Shown piece by piece: positions 1 to 10,382 of a DNA stretch of 64,000 bases. A program made the position numbers and the translations under genes. The DNA is from an uncultured Gammaproteobacteria bacterium (GTDB lineage Bacteria > Patescibacteriota > Microgenomatia > PFEM01 > DATLAM01). Location: the NCBI GenBank assembly GCA_964566925.1, contig CAZMIZ010000001.1:135248-199247 (forward strand). Direction: 5' to 3'. The notes beneath the pieces were generated by a model. It searched no databases. It worked only from the letters and a program-made list of their open reading frames with translations, and was not told the origin of the DNA. Position 1 is the stretch's first letter. Each line of letters starts with the position of its first letter.

Positions 1-2131
1 CAGCTAATCTCTTTTTTGGCTTCCCGATCACTTTTTCTCCTAAAACCTCAACCACAAACTGGGAAACTTTCTTTTCTCTTTTAGCCTCGCCATAATAATT
101 GGCAGCCGTTAAAAAAAGTTGGTCACAAGCTCGAGTCATCCCGACATAAAAAAGGCGTCTTTCTTCTTGCTCATGATGATCACCGACCGGCAGGATTTCT
201 TTAATTAATTCTTCAGGAAGAGGAATTTGCTCCCGCCTTTCCCGACTCGGAAACCGGGCTGAAACCAAATTAACCAAAAAGACCACGGGGAACTCCAAGC
301 CTTTGGCGGAATGAACAGTTAAAAGATTAACCCTGTTTTCCTCAACCCAATCAATATTACTGGCTAGCGGCGATTCGCCTAAATCCATGGAAAGATTAAT
401 CCAATCAACTACCGCTTGAACCGAAGCATCTTCATGATCAACTTCATAGGTTTTTAACCGATCAAAAAAGGCAGCAATATTCTGGGATCGTTTTTCTTCG
501 GTTGGGGTTTTATATTCGGCTAATTTCTTAAGCAGATCGGTGTCTTCCAGGAAATAATAAAGGATTTGGCCAGCCGTTTCTTTAGGAAGAAGCTTTAAAT
601 GGCGATTAATCATTTTCACCAACCATTTAATTTTTTCTTTAGTCTTTTGAGAAACAAAAATTTGGTCTACTTTTTCGCAGGCTTCAAAAAAAGATAAATT
701 CATTTTCCGAGCATAATTGTTGATCGCCGCCAAATCCCGGGCGGAAAGCGCAAAATGGTCCATCGATAAAACCCGGAAAAGGGCAACATTATCAGAGAAA
801 TCATAAAGAACTTTAAGATAGGCAATTAAATCCTTAACCTCGGCCTGGCGAAAAAGATGGCCTGGGCCTAGAAATTGATAGGGAATCCCGGCTCGAGCCA
901 GGGCCCGGACAAAAGGGTCAGCGTGGTTGTTAGCCCGAACCAAGATGGCGATATCTTTATACTGATAGTCATTACCGGTTAACTGTTTAATCTTCTTAGC
1001 CACGGCTTCGGCTTCATTTTCCACCCGGTCAAGGTGAATAAACTCAATTGGTTTCCCTTTCAACTCTCTAGTTGCCTTGAGTTTTTTTTCAATCTTCTCT
1101 TTAACTTCAAGCCTATCCGGGTTGTTGTTTTGAATCAGTTTATAGGCCTGGTCCAAAATCACCTGGGTAGAGCGATAATTCTTTACTAAAACCACAATCT
1201 TCGCTTGGGGATAATTTTTCCTAAACTGGATAATGTTGGAAATCGCTGCCCCGCGAAAGCGGTAAATTGATTGGTCGTCATCACCGGTAACCGTCAAATT
1301 CGCTTTTTTGCCTGCCTTGCCTGCCTTGTCGGCAGACAGGCCCACCGGCGGGGAAGCCAGGAGCATGGCCAGCTCGTTCTGGGCGTAATTGGTGTCCTGA
1401 AACTCATCTACCAGAACGTATTTAAATTGCTTCTGATATTGACGAAGGATGTTCTTTCGGGAACGAAAAAGCTTTAAAACATTAGAAATCAGATCCCCAA
1501 AATCCATGGCTCCCTCTTTAACCTTGAGCTCTTCGTAGGTTCGATAAGCGCTCGCTAGTTCTGAAGCTTTGCTCGCTTCATCTTTCTCTTCTTTAGTTTT
1601 TGCTTTTTTGACCAGCTTTTGGGCATATTTTAGATATTCTTTAGGGCTAACATCTTCATCCTTTAATCTAGAAAAGTGCTGAAGCATCCCTCTAATAAAC
1701 TTGGTGGGGTTACCCAAGGGGCGAAAATAGGTAAGTTTAAACTTAAAAAGATTTTTAATCAGGAATTGGGTTGTTTCTGCTTCATTCATCAATTTATAGC
1801 CTGGATCAAGGCCAATCTGAATGGCTTCTTGGCGCAGGACTCGGTCGCAAAAGGAATGGAAGGTAGAAATCCACATGTCGGTGTAGCCGTAAGGCATGGC
1901 GATATCAACTCGCTCTTCCATTTCCCGAGCCGCTTTATCAGTGAAGGTTAGGGCCAAAATTTCTGAAGGTTTAGCTTTTTTGGAAGCAACCAGCCATTTA
2001 ATTCGTTCAGTAATAACCGTGGTTTTACCGGTCCCTGCCCCAGCAATAATTAAAAGCGGCCCTTCCCCATGTTCCACCGCCTCTTTTTGCTCTCTGTTTA
2101 GCTTCTTTTCTCCCTGATCAGCCACAAATTT
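1..2131 (-). CDS. UvrD/PcrA-family ATP-dependent DNA helicase (3' end runs off window)
   Basis: Minus-strand translation gives Walker A GAGTGKT near 2030 and the UvrD motif DDQSIYRFRGA near 1290. The plus-strand ORFs at 1271-2117 are shadow ORFs of this gene. Start is probably the GTG near 2131. Confidence 0.8.
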
Positions 2132-2153
2132 ATTATAGTCTATCTTTAGGCAT

Positions 2154-2177
2154 AAAAAAAGCGCCAAACCAGGCGCT
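2154..2177 (-). terminator. Rho-independent terminator after the 2209..2676 gene
   Basis: On the minus strand this reads AGCGCC-tggttt-GGCGCT followed by a run of seven T. Confidence 0.45.
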
Positions 2178-2208
2178 GTTAAATTAAAAAGCTGGCAGAA
2201 GCCTAGAT

Positions 2209-2676
2209 TTATAAACCCTCTTTTTCTGCCCGTTCCTCGTAAGCCTCTGTATATGCTTGTAGTAACCTATCCATAGCCTCCCCTCTTTTAGAGGGCGATG
2301 TCGATATTCGATCAGCAGCTTCCTGTAATCCATGGAGGGCTCCTAATTGAGACCGGAATTCATCAACTGGCAATTCTTCAATCATTTCTATGAAACGGTC
2401 TTTAGCTGCCAAAATTTCTTTTTCAAGCTTCTCGGCTTCTAATCCGCTCCGTCGAATTGCTAGGTGAACAAAATGAATAAACCCTCCAGCCACTAAAACT
2501 GCCGTTGGCGAAACAATAGCTTTCTCTGGACCTAATACGGCTACGGCATGAATTCCCACTCCCCAAGCACCAAACAACACGACAGCGGCTGTAAGCTTTT
2601 GGCGCTTTTGAACCTCTGGTAGACTTAGGCTATCCAGAAAAACATCGCGAGCGAATCTTTCTTTTAATCTTCCCAT
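2209..2676 (-). CDS. hypothetical membrane protein
   Basis: 155-aa ORF with two central hydrophobic segments. No recognisable family. Confidence 0.45.
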   Translation of the reverse strand: MGRLKERFARDVFLDSLSLPEVQKRQKLTAAVVLFGAWGVGIHAVAVLGPEKAIVSPTAVLVAGGFIHFVHLAIRRSGLEAEKLEKEILAAKDRFIEMIEELPVDEFRSQLGALHGLQEAADRISTSPSKRGEAMDRLLQAYTEAYEERAEKEGL

Positions 2677-2729
2677 TATTTTAAAAACTGCCTCTTTTAA
2701 CCACGTTTGACGCGGAGGCAGTTAAGCTG

Positions 2730-2759
2730 ATTCTACCCTTCAATTAATTAGATTGTCAA
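2730..2759 (-). promoter_or_regulatory. sigma70-like promoter TTGACA-N18-TAGAAT for the 2209..2676 gene
   Basis: The minus strand reads TTGACA atctaattaattgaaggg TAGAAT. The -35 overlaps the stop codon of the upstream gene. Confidence 0.4.
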
Positions 2760-3736
2760 CTTTCCTTTATTTTTAGTTGTTTTCCCTCTTCTTTTGTCCC
2801 TTCACCCAGCGCCTGGGTAGAAGAAAGTTTTTGGCCGAGAAGGGTAAAGCCAGAAAGGACATTACTCATCTGGTTATAAGCGTTCTGGATGTGTTTACCA
2901 AGAACCGAAAGATTGTCCTCAACCTTGTTATAGTCTTTTTGAACCGCCCGAATCGCCGCCAAAATTTGCCGGGCTTTGGCCTCAATCTTTTGGCCTTCAA
3001 AACTCATCAAAATCGCCCGTAAATAGGCATAAAAAGTCATTGGCGAAACTGGGAGAACCCGTTTTTTGGCAGCGTAATCAAAAAGGGTGCTATTATTAAC
3101 GACCTCATAATAAACTGCCTCGCTGGGCAGATACATCAGGGCGTAATCAATCGTCCCCTCCTCGGTTAGAATATATTTAGCAGAAATAGCATCAATATGC
3201 CGCTTAACGTCTTTAACAAATTCTCTTTCGGCTGCCTTTTTCTCGGCGTCAGTTTTGGCTCCCATCATTTTCCGGAAGTTTTCCATCGGAAATTTAGCGT
3301 CAACTGGAATCATCCCGGCAGCGGTTTTAATGGCGGCGTCAACTTTAGCCCCAGATTTAAAGGAATACTGAAGATTAAAAGATTGTTTGGGAAGCATCTG
3401 GCCCAGCAATTCTTTTAGAACCTGCTCGCCAACATTGCCTCGCAGTTTTGGGCTCCTTAAAAACTCTTGAAGGTCCTTCATGCCCCGACCAATTTCGGAC
3501 ATCTCGCCAATGCTTTTCTGAACACCAGCAATTACTTGGGCCGCTCGATCAAGCCGCTCATTAATCGCTTTAGAGGTTGCCTGACTATCTTTTTGTTGAC
3601 TTTTAAGCCACTCCATTAGGGTAGCGTCTGGCTTAGTTTTTTCAGCAATCTCAGAAAGTTTTTTATTGATTAAAAAAACAGCTAGAGCCAAAGCTCCAAT
3701 AATTAAAGCAGTCAGAAGATAAAATTCGTTTGGCAT
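2756..3736 (-). CDS. rmuC: RmuC-like DNA recombination protein
   Basis: N-terminal TM helix, a coiled-coil region, and a C-terminal ALMYLPSEAVYYEV motif. This resembles the conserved RmuC VMFLPxE motif region. Confidence 0.5.
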   Translation of the reverse strand: MPNEFYLLTALIIGALALAVFLINKKLSEIAEKTKPDATLMEWLKSQQKDSQATSKAINERLDRAAQVIAGVQKSIGEMSEIGRGMKDLQEFLRSPKLRGNVGEQVLKELLGQMLPKQSFNLQYSFKSGAKVDAAIKTAAGMIPVDAKFPMENFRKMMGAKTDAEKKAAEREFVKDVKRHIDAISAKYILTEEGTIDYALMYLPSEAVYYEVVNNSTLFDYAAKKRVLPVSPMTFYAYLRAILMSFEGQKIEAKARQILAAIRAVQKDYNKVEDNLSVLGKHIQNAYNQMSNVLSGFTLLGQKLSSTQALGEGTKEEGKQLKIKES

Positions 3737-3738
3737 TG

Positions 3739-3767
3739 ATATTGGGTACTAGATATTGGATACTAGA
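3739..3767 (+). promoter_or_regulatory. 14-bp direct repeat (ATATTGGNTACTAG x2 plus a partial third copy) in a divergent promoter region
   Basis: GATATTGGGTACTAG ATATTGGATACTAG ATATC lies directly between the divergent rmuC-like start (3736) and the small membrane gene. A TTGGAT-17-TTATAA promoter-like pair overlaps it at 3757-3785. Confidence 0.4.
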
Positions 3768-3803
3768 TATCAAGCAGATTATAACACAGCCTGTTTCCGC
3801 ATG

Positions 3804-4127
3804 AAACAAAAATTACGGCTGAAAAAACGAAGAAATTTCTTTCCTACTTTGCTCTTAGCGTTTCTTTTCTGGCTACTGTGGGGAGGGCTGGTTTACTATT
3901 GGGCACCAATTAATGAGATTATTCTGATTACTTTCTTCTTCCTTTTATTTATGGCCTCCTTTTTCACTCTAGCCTTACTTTTGGCTAACAGTCGTCAAGG
4001 GCTAATCGCGGCCATCGGGACAACCTGTTTCTTCCTCCTCCGCTACCATCAGCTGGGTAATCCTCTTAATATTATTCTCCTGGTGGGCATCTTGATTTCC
4101 TTAAATCTTTATCTAACCAAGCGTTAG
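3804..4127 (+). CDS. small integral membrane protein (hypothetical)
   Basis: The track ORF begins at 3756, but a start at MKQKL (3804) better fits the divergent intergenic region. Three hydrophobic helices. Confidence 0.45.
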   Translation, partial: KQKLRLKKRRNFFPTLLLAFLFWLLWGGLVYYWAPINEIILITFFFLLFMASFFTLALLLANSRQGLIAAIGTTCFFLLRYHQLGNPLNIILLVGILISLNLYLTKR

Positions 4128-4156
4128 TTGACAAGCAGAAAGGTTTATGTTATTAC
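4128..4156 (+). promoter_or_regulatory. promoter-like TTGACA-N17-TATTAC upstream of the yerC-like gene
   Basis: Perfect -35 TTGACA at 4128-4133, a 17-nt spacer, then TATTAC. Confidence 0.35.
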
Positions 4157-4214
4157 TTTAATTAATCAAAGCGCTGCCCACTTTGCTGCCTAGCGAAGCG
4201 GGCTTTTTAAATTC

Positions 4215-4571
4215 ATGCAGGTTTCTAAAAAGAAAATCAATCCCAAAATCGAAAAACAAATTTTTGGCCTCTTTTTCCAGGCAATTAATGATCTCAAGAA
4301 CCCTCAAGAGGTTAAGGAGTTCCTAGAAGCCATTTTGACCAAAACTGAGCTTGAAGCGATTGTCAAGCGGTTAGCCGTAGCCCATTATCTGGAAAAAGGG
4401 AGAACTTACGAGAATATTAAAAAGTCTTTGGCTGTTTCCAGCGCCACCATTGCCGCTGTTCAAGAGCAACTAGGTAAGGGCAAAGGCTTCGATCTTGCTT
4501 TGGAAAAAATCCGCGCCGAAGAATGGGCTGACAAATGGGCAAAAAAAATTAGCCAGTTGGTAAAAAGATAA
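4215..4571 (+). CDS. TrpR-related YerC/YecD-family DNA-binding protein
   Basis: TELEAIVKRLAVAHYLEKGRTYENIKKSLAVSSATIAAV matches the YerC/YecD helix-turn-helix core. Confidence 0.6.
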   Translation: MQVSKKKINPKIEKQIFGLFFQAINDLKNPQEVKEFLEAILTKTELEAIVKRLAVAHYLEKGRTYENIKKSLAVSSATIAAVQEQLGKGKGFDLALEKIRAEEWADKWAKKISQLVKR

Positions 4572-4685
4572 CTTCTTCTGTTTTTACTTTCAGTTTCAGG
4601 CTAAATCGGGTATAATAAGAACCATCCGCCTTTGGCGGAGAACCTTGTTTCTCCTCGCCAGTGGGCGAGTCGAAACAACTGAAGT

Positions 4686-6122
4686 ATGGCCAAAAAATAC
4701 TTTATTACCACCACCACCCCATACGTTAATGCTGATCCCCATATCGGCTTTGCATTGGAGATCATTCAAGCCGATGTTTTGGCAAGGCATCACCGCCTCC
4801 TAGGTGAAGATGTTTTTTTTAATACCGGCACTGACGAACACGGTCTAAAAATCTATCGAAGGGCGGTTGAGGAAGGAAAAGAGCCGCAAAAATATGTTGA
4901 TGAATATGCCAAAAAATTTGATGATCTTAAAAAGGCTCTAAACCTAAGCTATAACAACTTTATTAGAACCACTGACCGGCACCATGTGGAGGCAGCCAAA
5001 GAATTCTGGCAAAGGTGCTTTAAGAATGGTGATATCTACAAAGACAAGCAAAAGATTAAATACTGCGTTGGCTGTGAATTGGAAAAAACAGAATCCGAAC
5101 TGGTAAACAACGTCTGTCCAATCCATCCCAATAAAAAATTAGAAATCATTGAGGAAGAAAACTATTTTTTTCGCTTCTCAAAATACCAAAAACCCCTTCT
5201 AGATCTTTACCAGAAAAATCCTGAGTTTGTGGTTCCTTCGACCAAGCTAAAAGAGATAAAAAGCTTCGTTTCCCGAGGCCTAAAAGATTTTAGCATTTCC
5301 AGGTTAAAGACCAAGCTACCATGGGGCGTTCCGGTTCCCGACGATCCGAACCACGTAATGTATGTTTGGTTTGATGCTTTAATTAATTATATTTCTGCTA
5401 TTGGCTGGCCCAAAAACGAAAAAGAATTTCGAAAATGGTGGCCTGGAGTTCAGGTCGCTGGAAAAGACAACCTACGGCAACAGTCAGCCATGTGGCAAGC
5501 AATGCTCATGTCCGCAGGATTACCTAATTCAAAACAAATATTTATCCATGGTTTTATCACCTCTAATGGACAGAAAATGAGTAAAAGCCTGGGTAACGTG
5601 ATTGATCCTTTTGAGGTGGTTAAAAAATACGGCACCGATCCTGTCCGCTATTATCTTTTACGCGAAATTCCTGCTTACCGAGGCGGTGATTTTTCAGTTC
5701 AGCGATTTAAAGAAATCTACAATGCAGATCTTGCCAACGGTTTAGGCAATTTAGTCGCTCGAGTGGCCAAACTGTGCGAAAAATCAGGCTTTGATTTCGA
5801 GGCGATAACGCCTAAAATTCTAAAAACCAATCGGGTTTCTAAGTACCTCGATGAGTTTAAATTTGATAGAGCACTAAGGTGGCTCTGGAGCGATGTAAAA
5901 TGGGGGTTAAGGTGGTTAGACCGAAGAATAAATGATGAGAAGCCATGGGAAATCAAGGATGAAAAACTCCTGGAACTCCGGTTAAATCTATATGTCTTAA
6001 ATATCCGAAAAATTGCCGAACTACTTAAACCTTTCCTTCCAGAAACATCGGAAAAAATCGAAAAACAATTTGTTGGGCCAAAAATCAAGGCCGAGAAGCC
6101 CTTGTTCCCCAGACTGAAATAA
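4686..6122 (+). CDS. metG: methionyl-tRNA synthetase (short form)
   Basis: HIGH-region PYVNADPHIGF, zinc knuckle CVGCELEK...CPIH, and KMSKS (NGQKMSKSLGN). Confidence 0.9.
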   Translation: MAKKYFITTTTPYVNADPHIGFALEIIQADVLARHHRLLGEDVFFNTGTDEHGLKIYRRAVEEGKEPQKYVDEYAKKFDDLKKALNLSYNNFIRTTDRHHVEAAKEFWQRCFKNGDIYKDKQKIKYCVGCELEKTESELVNNVCPIHPNKKLEIIEEENYFFRFSKYQKPLLDLYQKNPEFVVPSTKLKEIKSFVSRGLKDFSISRLKTKLPWGVPVPDDPNHVMYVWFDALINYISAIGWPKNEKEFRKWWPGVQVAGKDNLRQQSAMWQAMLMSAGLPNSKQIFIHGFITSNGQKMSKSLGNVIDPFEVVKKYGTDPVRYYLLREIPAYRGGDFSVQRFKEIYNADLANGLGNLVARVAKLCEKSGFDFEAITPKILKTNRVSKYLDEFKFDRALRWLWSDVKWGLRWLDRRINDEKPWEIKDEKLLELRLNLYVLNIRKIAELLKPFLPETSEKIEKQFVGPKIKAEKPLFPRLK

Positions 6123-6123
6123 G

Positions 6124-7608
6124 ATGCGCAATTTTATTCTTAAACACGAAAAAAAGATTCATCGTTTCCTGGAAATTCTGCCAGGGACCGTTTCCTGGAG
6201 CCTGATTTTGTTCTTTTTAGTTGGGGGTTTTATTATCCCGGTCACCATTGCCTACATTGTCCTGATCTTCGATGTCTTCTGGGTCTATAAATCCATTACC
6301 ATTGCCTTTATGGCGGTGGTTTCTTATCTGCGAATCAAAGCCTCGGAGAAAATGGATTGGCTGGGAGAGGTAAAATTCTTCCCAGAATGGAAAAAGATTC
6401 ATCACGTCGTTATTGTTCTCACTTACAAAGAGCCGCTTCATACTCTAGAGCGAACCCTAACTGCCATCGCCAATCAAGATTTCCCTTTAAAGCAGATCAG
6501 TGTCGTTTTGGCCACTGAAGATCGAGACAAAGAGGCTCCAGCCAAAGCCAGGGCTTTAAGAGAAAAGTTTGGTAAACAATTCGGCCATTTTTTCGTTACC
6601 CGCCATGTTTTAAAAAAAGGCGAAGTCGCCGGTAAATCTTCTAACGAACGCCATGCCGGCATTTGGGTTGAGAAAAAACTAGTCAATGAAAAAGGCTACA
6701 ACCTTAATTTTATGACCGTTACTAGCTGTGACGCCGACCATGTTTATCACCCGAAGCACTTTTCCTATCTCACTTATAAGTTTTTAGATAGCCCTCACCG
6801 CTATGAACGTTTTTGGCAACCAGCAGTGATGTTTTACAACAATTTTTGGAACCTACCGGCGCTAACCCGGGTCGCCAACACCTTTGCCACCATTTGGAAT
6901 ACGGCTCTTTTAGTGCGCACCGACCGCTTAATTAGCTGTCAAAATTATTCTGCCTCTTTTAAGATGATTCACGAGGCTGGCTATTGGGATCCAGATGTCA
7001 TCCCCGAAGACTACCGGATCTTTTTTAAGTGTTTTTATAAAACCGGCGGTAAGGTCGAAGTAGAACCGATTTATCTCCCCCTTCATGCTGACGCCGCCGA
7101 ATCAACCGGCACCTGGAAAACCCTGGTTAACCAATATGAACAATTCAAGCGTTGGGCCTGGGGGATTTCTGATGACCCCTATATCATTAAGCATTATTTT
7201 CTTTCACCTTATATTTCCTTTTGGAATAAAACCATCCGCATCTTAAGGATCGTTGAAGATCATTTTCTTTGGCCAGTCAACTGGTTTTTCATTACTTTGG
7301 GAGTGACCATTCCTTCAATTCTAAACCCTAATTTCTCTAGAACGGTAATTGGCTATACTTTGCCCCGAATGTCCTCTTTGATTTTAACTTTCTGTTTACT
7401 CTTTTTGGCGGTGATTCTGATTGTTGATGCCAAACAGCGGCCACCAAGACCCAAGCATGTTCCCAGATGGCGGGCCGCTTTAATTCCTTTAGAATTTATC
7501 CTGATGCCTGTGGCGGGCTTTTTATTCACCGCTCTGCCGGGCCTTGATGCCCATACCAGGTTGATGTTGGGCAAATACCTGGAATATCGAGTCACCGAAA
7601 AAGTTTAG
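6124..7608 (+). CDS. GT2-family membrane glycosyltransferase
   Basis: N-terminal TM helices, a GT-A core (VVIVLTYKEP ... SCDADH) and C-terminal TM helices. Resembles processive or polyprenyl-phosphate-sugar synthase GT2 enzymes. Confidence 0.7.
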   Translation: MRNFILKHEKKIHRFLEILPGTVSWSLILFFLVGGFIIPVTIAYIVLIFDVFWVYKSITIAFMAVVSYLRIKASEKMDWLGEVKFFPEWKKIHHVVIVLTYKEPLHTLERTLTAIANQDFPLKQISVVLATEDRDKEAPAKARALREKFGKQFGHFFVTRHVLKKGEVAGKSSNERHAGIWVEKKLVNEKGYNLNFMTVTSCDADHVYHPKHFSYLTYKFLDSPHRYERFWQPAVMFYNNFWNLPALTRVANTFATIWNTALLVRTDRLISCQNYSASFKMIHEAGYWDPDVIPEDYRIFFKCFYKTGGKVEVEPIYLPLHADAAESTGTWKTLVNQYEQFKRWAWGISDDPYIIKHYFLSPYISFWNKTIRILRIVEDHFLWPVNWFFITLGVTIPSILNPNFSRTVIGYTLPRMSSLILTFCLLFLAVILIVDAKQRPPRPKHVPRWRAALIPLEFILMPVAGFLFTALPGLDAHTRLMLGKYLEYRVTEKV

Positions 7609-7647
7609 GCTTGCTTAAAATAACCCCTCTTGATAAAGTAAAAATAG

Positions 7648-8940
7648 ATGAATCAATTTACGGTCAGCCTTTGGGGTGATGAGGCCTGGGCAGCCACTTT
7701 AGCGGTTAAGCCAATTGTCGATATCGTTCGGATTGTGGCTCGAGACACTTCGCCACCCCTATACTACCTTTGCCTTCACGCCTGGATGAAGTTTTTCGGT
7801 ACTTCGGAGGTGGCTATCCGCAGTCTCTCTTTCCTTTTCTTTTTAGGCACGGCAATTACCGCCTTCTTGATCGCCAAACATCTTTGGGACAAAAAAACAG
7901 CCCTTTTGGCTGCCTTTTTAACTTTTACTAATCCCTTTCTTTTTATCTATGCTTTTGAAGGCCGGATGTATGCCATCCTAGCCTTGACTTCCACCCTCTC
8001 TCTTTATTTTTTTCTTAAAAAGAATCGGCCTGGTTTTATCCTGGCCACTACAGCCGCTCTTTACAGCCATCATTTCTCAATTTTTGTGGTTATCTGGGAA
8101 GTAATCTGGATCCTGATGGAAAACTGGGGCCAGCCGGTTAAAAAAATTATTAAAAGCCTTGCTGATTTTTTCATTATTGGCCTTCTCTATCTTCCCTGGC
8201 TTTATCCTCTTTATTACCAAACTTCGCTTGTTGGCAGTGGTTTTTGGCTAGGGAAACCAACCATCTCAGTTCTCATAGGCACTATCCGAAAATTCTTGGT
8301 TGGACCAGAAGAAGAAATTAATCGCTATTTAGCTTATTTTTCGATTATTGCCGTTTTGATCTTAAGACAATGGTTAAAAGACAAAAAGAATTCTACCTTT
8401 CTTATTGGTTGGTTTTTAACTCCCCTCGCTTTAACCTTCTTAATTTCTCAGTTTTTCCAGCCCATCTTTTATGACCGCTACATGCTGATGGCCATTCCCG
8501 CCAGCTCGCTCCTAATTGCCTCTTTGAGAAGAAAACCCTCTGTCATCTTTATTATTTTGATCATCTTTCTATTAGGCTTCGTTGATTTCCAATACTTCAA
8601 TCATCCTACCAAAAGGCCTTTCCGGGAGTTGGCTAGTTTTATCAAGGCCGAAGCCCCAGATTTAACTTTGATCAACTACAATGCTGCCGCCCATCATCTT
8701 TGGGAAAGTAAATATTATGGTCTTGAGGCGCCAATTTACGCACCCGAACCCCTCCCCTTTTACACAGGGATTGCCTTAATGGAAGAGGGCGACGTGATTG
8801 AAAAGCTTCCTGATGAAGAAAAAATTGGCGCCATTAGTAGCGCTCCACCTAACGAAGTTCAAATCACCGGATTGGAGATTGAAAAGAGTAAACAATTCGA
8901 AAGTCTTTGGTTTTTATGGCTAAAAAGGAAAACAATCTAA
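7648..8940 (+). CDS. GT-C fold glycosyltransferase (ArnT/PMT-like, GT39/GT83)
   Basis: N-terminal WGDEAW (DE motif), PPLYYL, and FEGRMYA in loop 1. About ten TM helices. Confidence 0.7.
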   Translation: MNQFTVSLWGDEAWAATLAVKPIVDIVRIVARDTSPPLYYLCLHAWMKFFGTSEVAIRSLSFLFFLGTAITAFLIAKHLWDKKTALLAAFLTFTNPFLFIYAFEGRMYAILALTSTLSLYFFLKKNRPGFILATTAALYSHHFSIFVVIWEVIWILMENWGQPVKKIIKSLADFFIIGLLYLPWLYPLYYQTSLVGSGFWLGKPTISVLIGTIRKFLVGPEEEINRYLAYFSIIAVLILRQWLKDKKNSTFLIGWFLTPLALTFLISQFFQPIFYDRYMLMAIPASSLLIASLRRKPSVIFIILIIFLLGFVDFQYFNHPTKRPFRELASFIKAEAPDLTLINYNAAAHHLWESKYYGLEAPIYAPEPLPFYTGIALMEEGDVIEKLPDEEKIGAISSAPPNEVQITGLEIEKSKQFESLWFLWLKRKTI

Positions 8941-10382
8941 AAAAGTTTCTAAAATCTTATTGGCTTGTTTTTGTCTTTATCCTGGTTATTTTTCTCCGCC
9001 TGCCTTCATTGTTCGAACCTTTTACCTATGGTGATGAAGGAATTTATCTGACTTTAGGTCAGTCTTGGCGAAAAGGAGCCGTTTTCTATCGAGACATTCA
9101 CGATAACAAGCCACCCCTTTTATACCTCTTGGCTGGAGTTGCCTACAGCTTTGCTAATTATCGATTAATCCTTTTTTTCTGGAGCCTAATCACCGCCTAT
9201 TTCTTCTCCAAACTCGGCCGTTTCCTTTTTAAGAAAAACGGTTGGGCTGTTTTTTCTTCCACCCTTATTTTTGCTATTCTTAGCAGCATCCGCCTTTTTG
9301 AAGGTACTATTGCTAACGCCGAAAATTTTTTAATCGGAACCTCGATTCTTGGTTTCTATTTCCTCTTGACCGCTAAAAAGAATTATCAATTTTTTTTCGC
9401 CGGTCTTCTTTTTTCTCTTTCGACTCTTTTCAAAATCCCGGCGGCTTTTGATTTCGCTGCCGCCGTTACCTTTGGATTTTTGCTATTTATGCAAAACCGA
9501 AGAAATTATTCGCTATTCATTATTCGCTATTCATTATTCGCCCTGGGCTTTTTCCTCCCTATTCTCCTCTCGCTTCTCTACTATGCCTCTCAAAACGCTC
9601 TTAGCCAGTATTTAACCGCTGCTTTTTTTCAAAATATTCCTTACCTTGCCTCCTGGGCACCAGACAAGCCGCAGGCTGGAGGACTACCCATCCCTCTTCT
9701 TGGCCGAGCTCTTGGCATCTTGATTGTCTTTAGCCTTCTTTTTTCTTTAAGGAAAAGGCTTTCCTCTGCCGCCAAACTAACCACTCTCTGGTTTTCTTTT
9801 TCCCTTTTTGCCGCCCTTCTTTCCAGTCGCCCTTACCCTCATTATCTTCTCCAAACAATCCCGCCTTTAACTCTTTCTCTTGGTTTAATTTTGGCCAAAG
9901 AGAAGGAAAAAATTATTTCCCTCACAATGGTCGTCGTTCTCGTCTTCAGCATGGTCATTTTCAATTATTGGCATTACCCAACCGTTTCTTATCTTCAGAA
10001 CTTCTATTCGTTTGCTCTCAACTTAAAAACAAGAGATGACTATTTTGCTTATTTTGGTGGCCATACCCAAGATCTTTATCAGGTCGCCGCCTATCTTAAA
10101 ACCCACACCGAGGCCGAGGAGGAAATCTTTATTTGGAGTAACCATCCTTCGATTTACCCCCTCGCGGAGCGCTCTCCGGTTGGTCGCTATGCCACTGCCT
10201 ATCACATTATTGACTTTAACGGCTACGAGGAGACGATTAAAGCCCTCCAATCCTCTCTTCCTCGATATATTGTCCGCTCTCTGGAAGAAAAAAGAGCCTT
10301 TCCCTCTCTTGAGGCTCTGTTGGCCAACCAATACCTAAAAATAGAGACTGTCGGCCAGTTTGAGATTTACCGTCATCTTTGA
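8907..10382 (+). CDS. GT-C fold glycosyltransferase (ArnT/PMT-like), second paralogue
   Basis: TYGDEGIY ... NKPPLLYLL. Polytopic. Overlaps the previous gene by 34 nt. Confidence 0.7.
   Translation: MVFMAKKENNLKKFLKSYWLVFVFILVIFLRLPSLFEPFTYGDEGIYLTLGQSWRKGAVFYRDIHDNKPPLLYLLAGVAYSFANYRLILFFWSLITAYFFSKLGRFLFKKNGWAVFSSTLIFAILSSIRLFEGTIANAENFLIGTSILGFYFLLTAKKNYQFFFAGLLFSLSTLFKIPAAFDFAAAVTFGFLLFMQNRRNYSLFIIRYSLFALGFFLPILLSLLYYASQNALSQYLTAAFFQNIPYLASWAPDKPQAGGLPIPLLGRALGILIVFSLLFSLRKRLSSAAKLTTLWFSFSLFAALLSSRPYPHYLLQTIPPLTLSLGLILAKEKEKIISLTMVVVLVFSMVIFNYWHYPTVSYLQNFYSFALNLKTRDDYFAYFGGHTQDLYQVAAYLKTHTEAEEEIFIWSNHPSIYPLAERSPVGRYATAYHIIDFNGYEETIKALQSSLPRYIVRSLEEKRAFPSLEALLANQYLKIETVGQFEIYRHL
9507..9541 (+). 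repeat. 7-bp periodic tandem repeat (TATTCGC/TATTCAT x5) inside the GT-C gene
   Basis: Read directly from the sequence. Encodes the YSLFIIRYSLFAL peptide repeat. Confidence 0.8.

Noticed and set aside
1271-2117. Three plus-strand ORFs (68, 91, 73 aa)
   Set aside because: They lie antisense to a clear UvrD/PcrA helicase reading frame (Walker A and DDQSIYRFRGA on the minus strand), so they are shadow ORFs.
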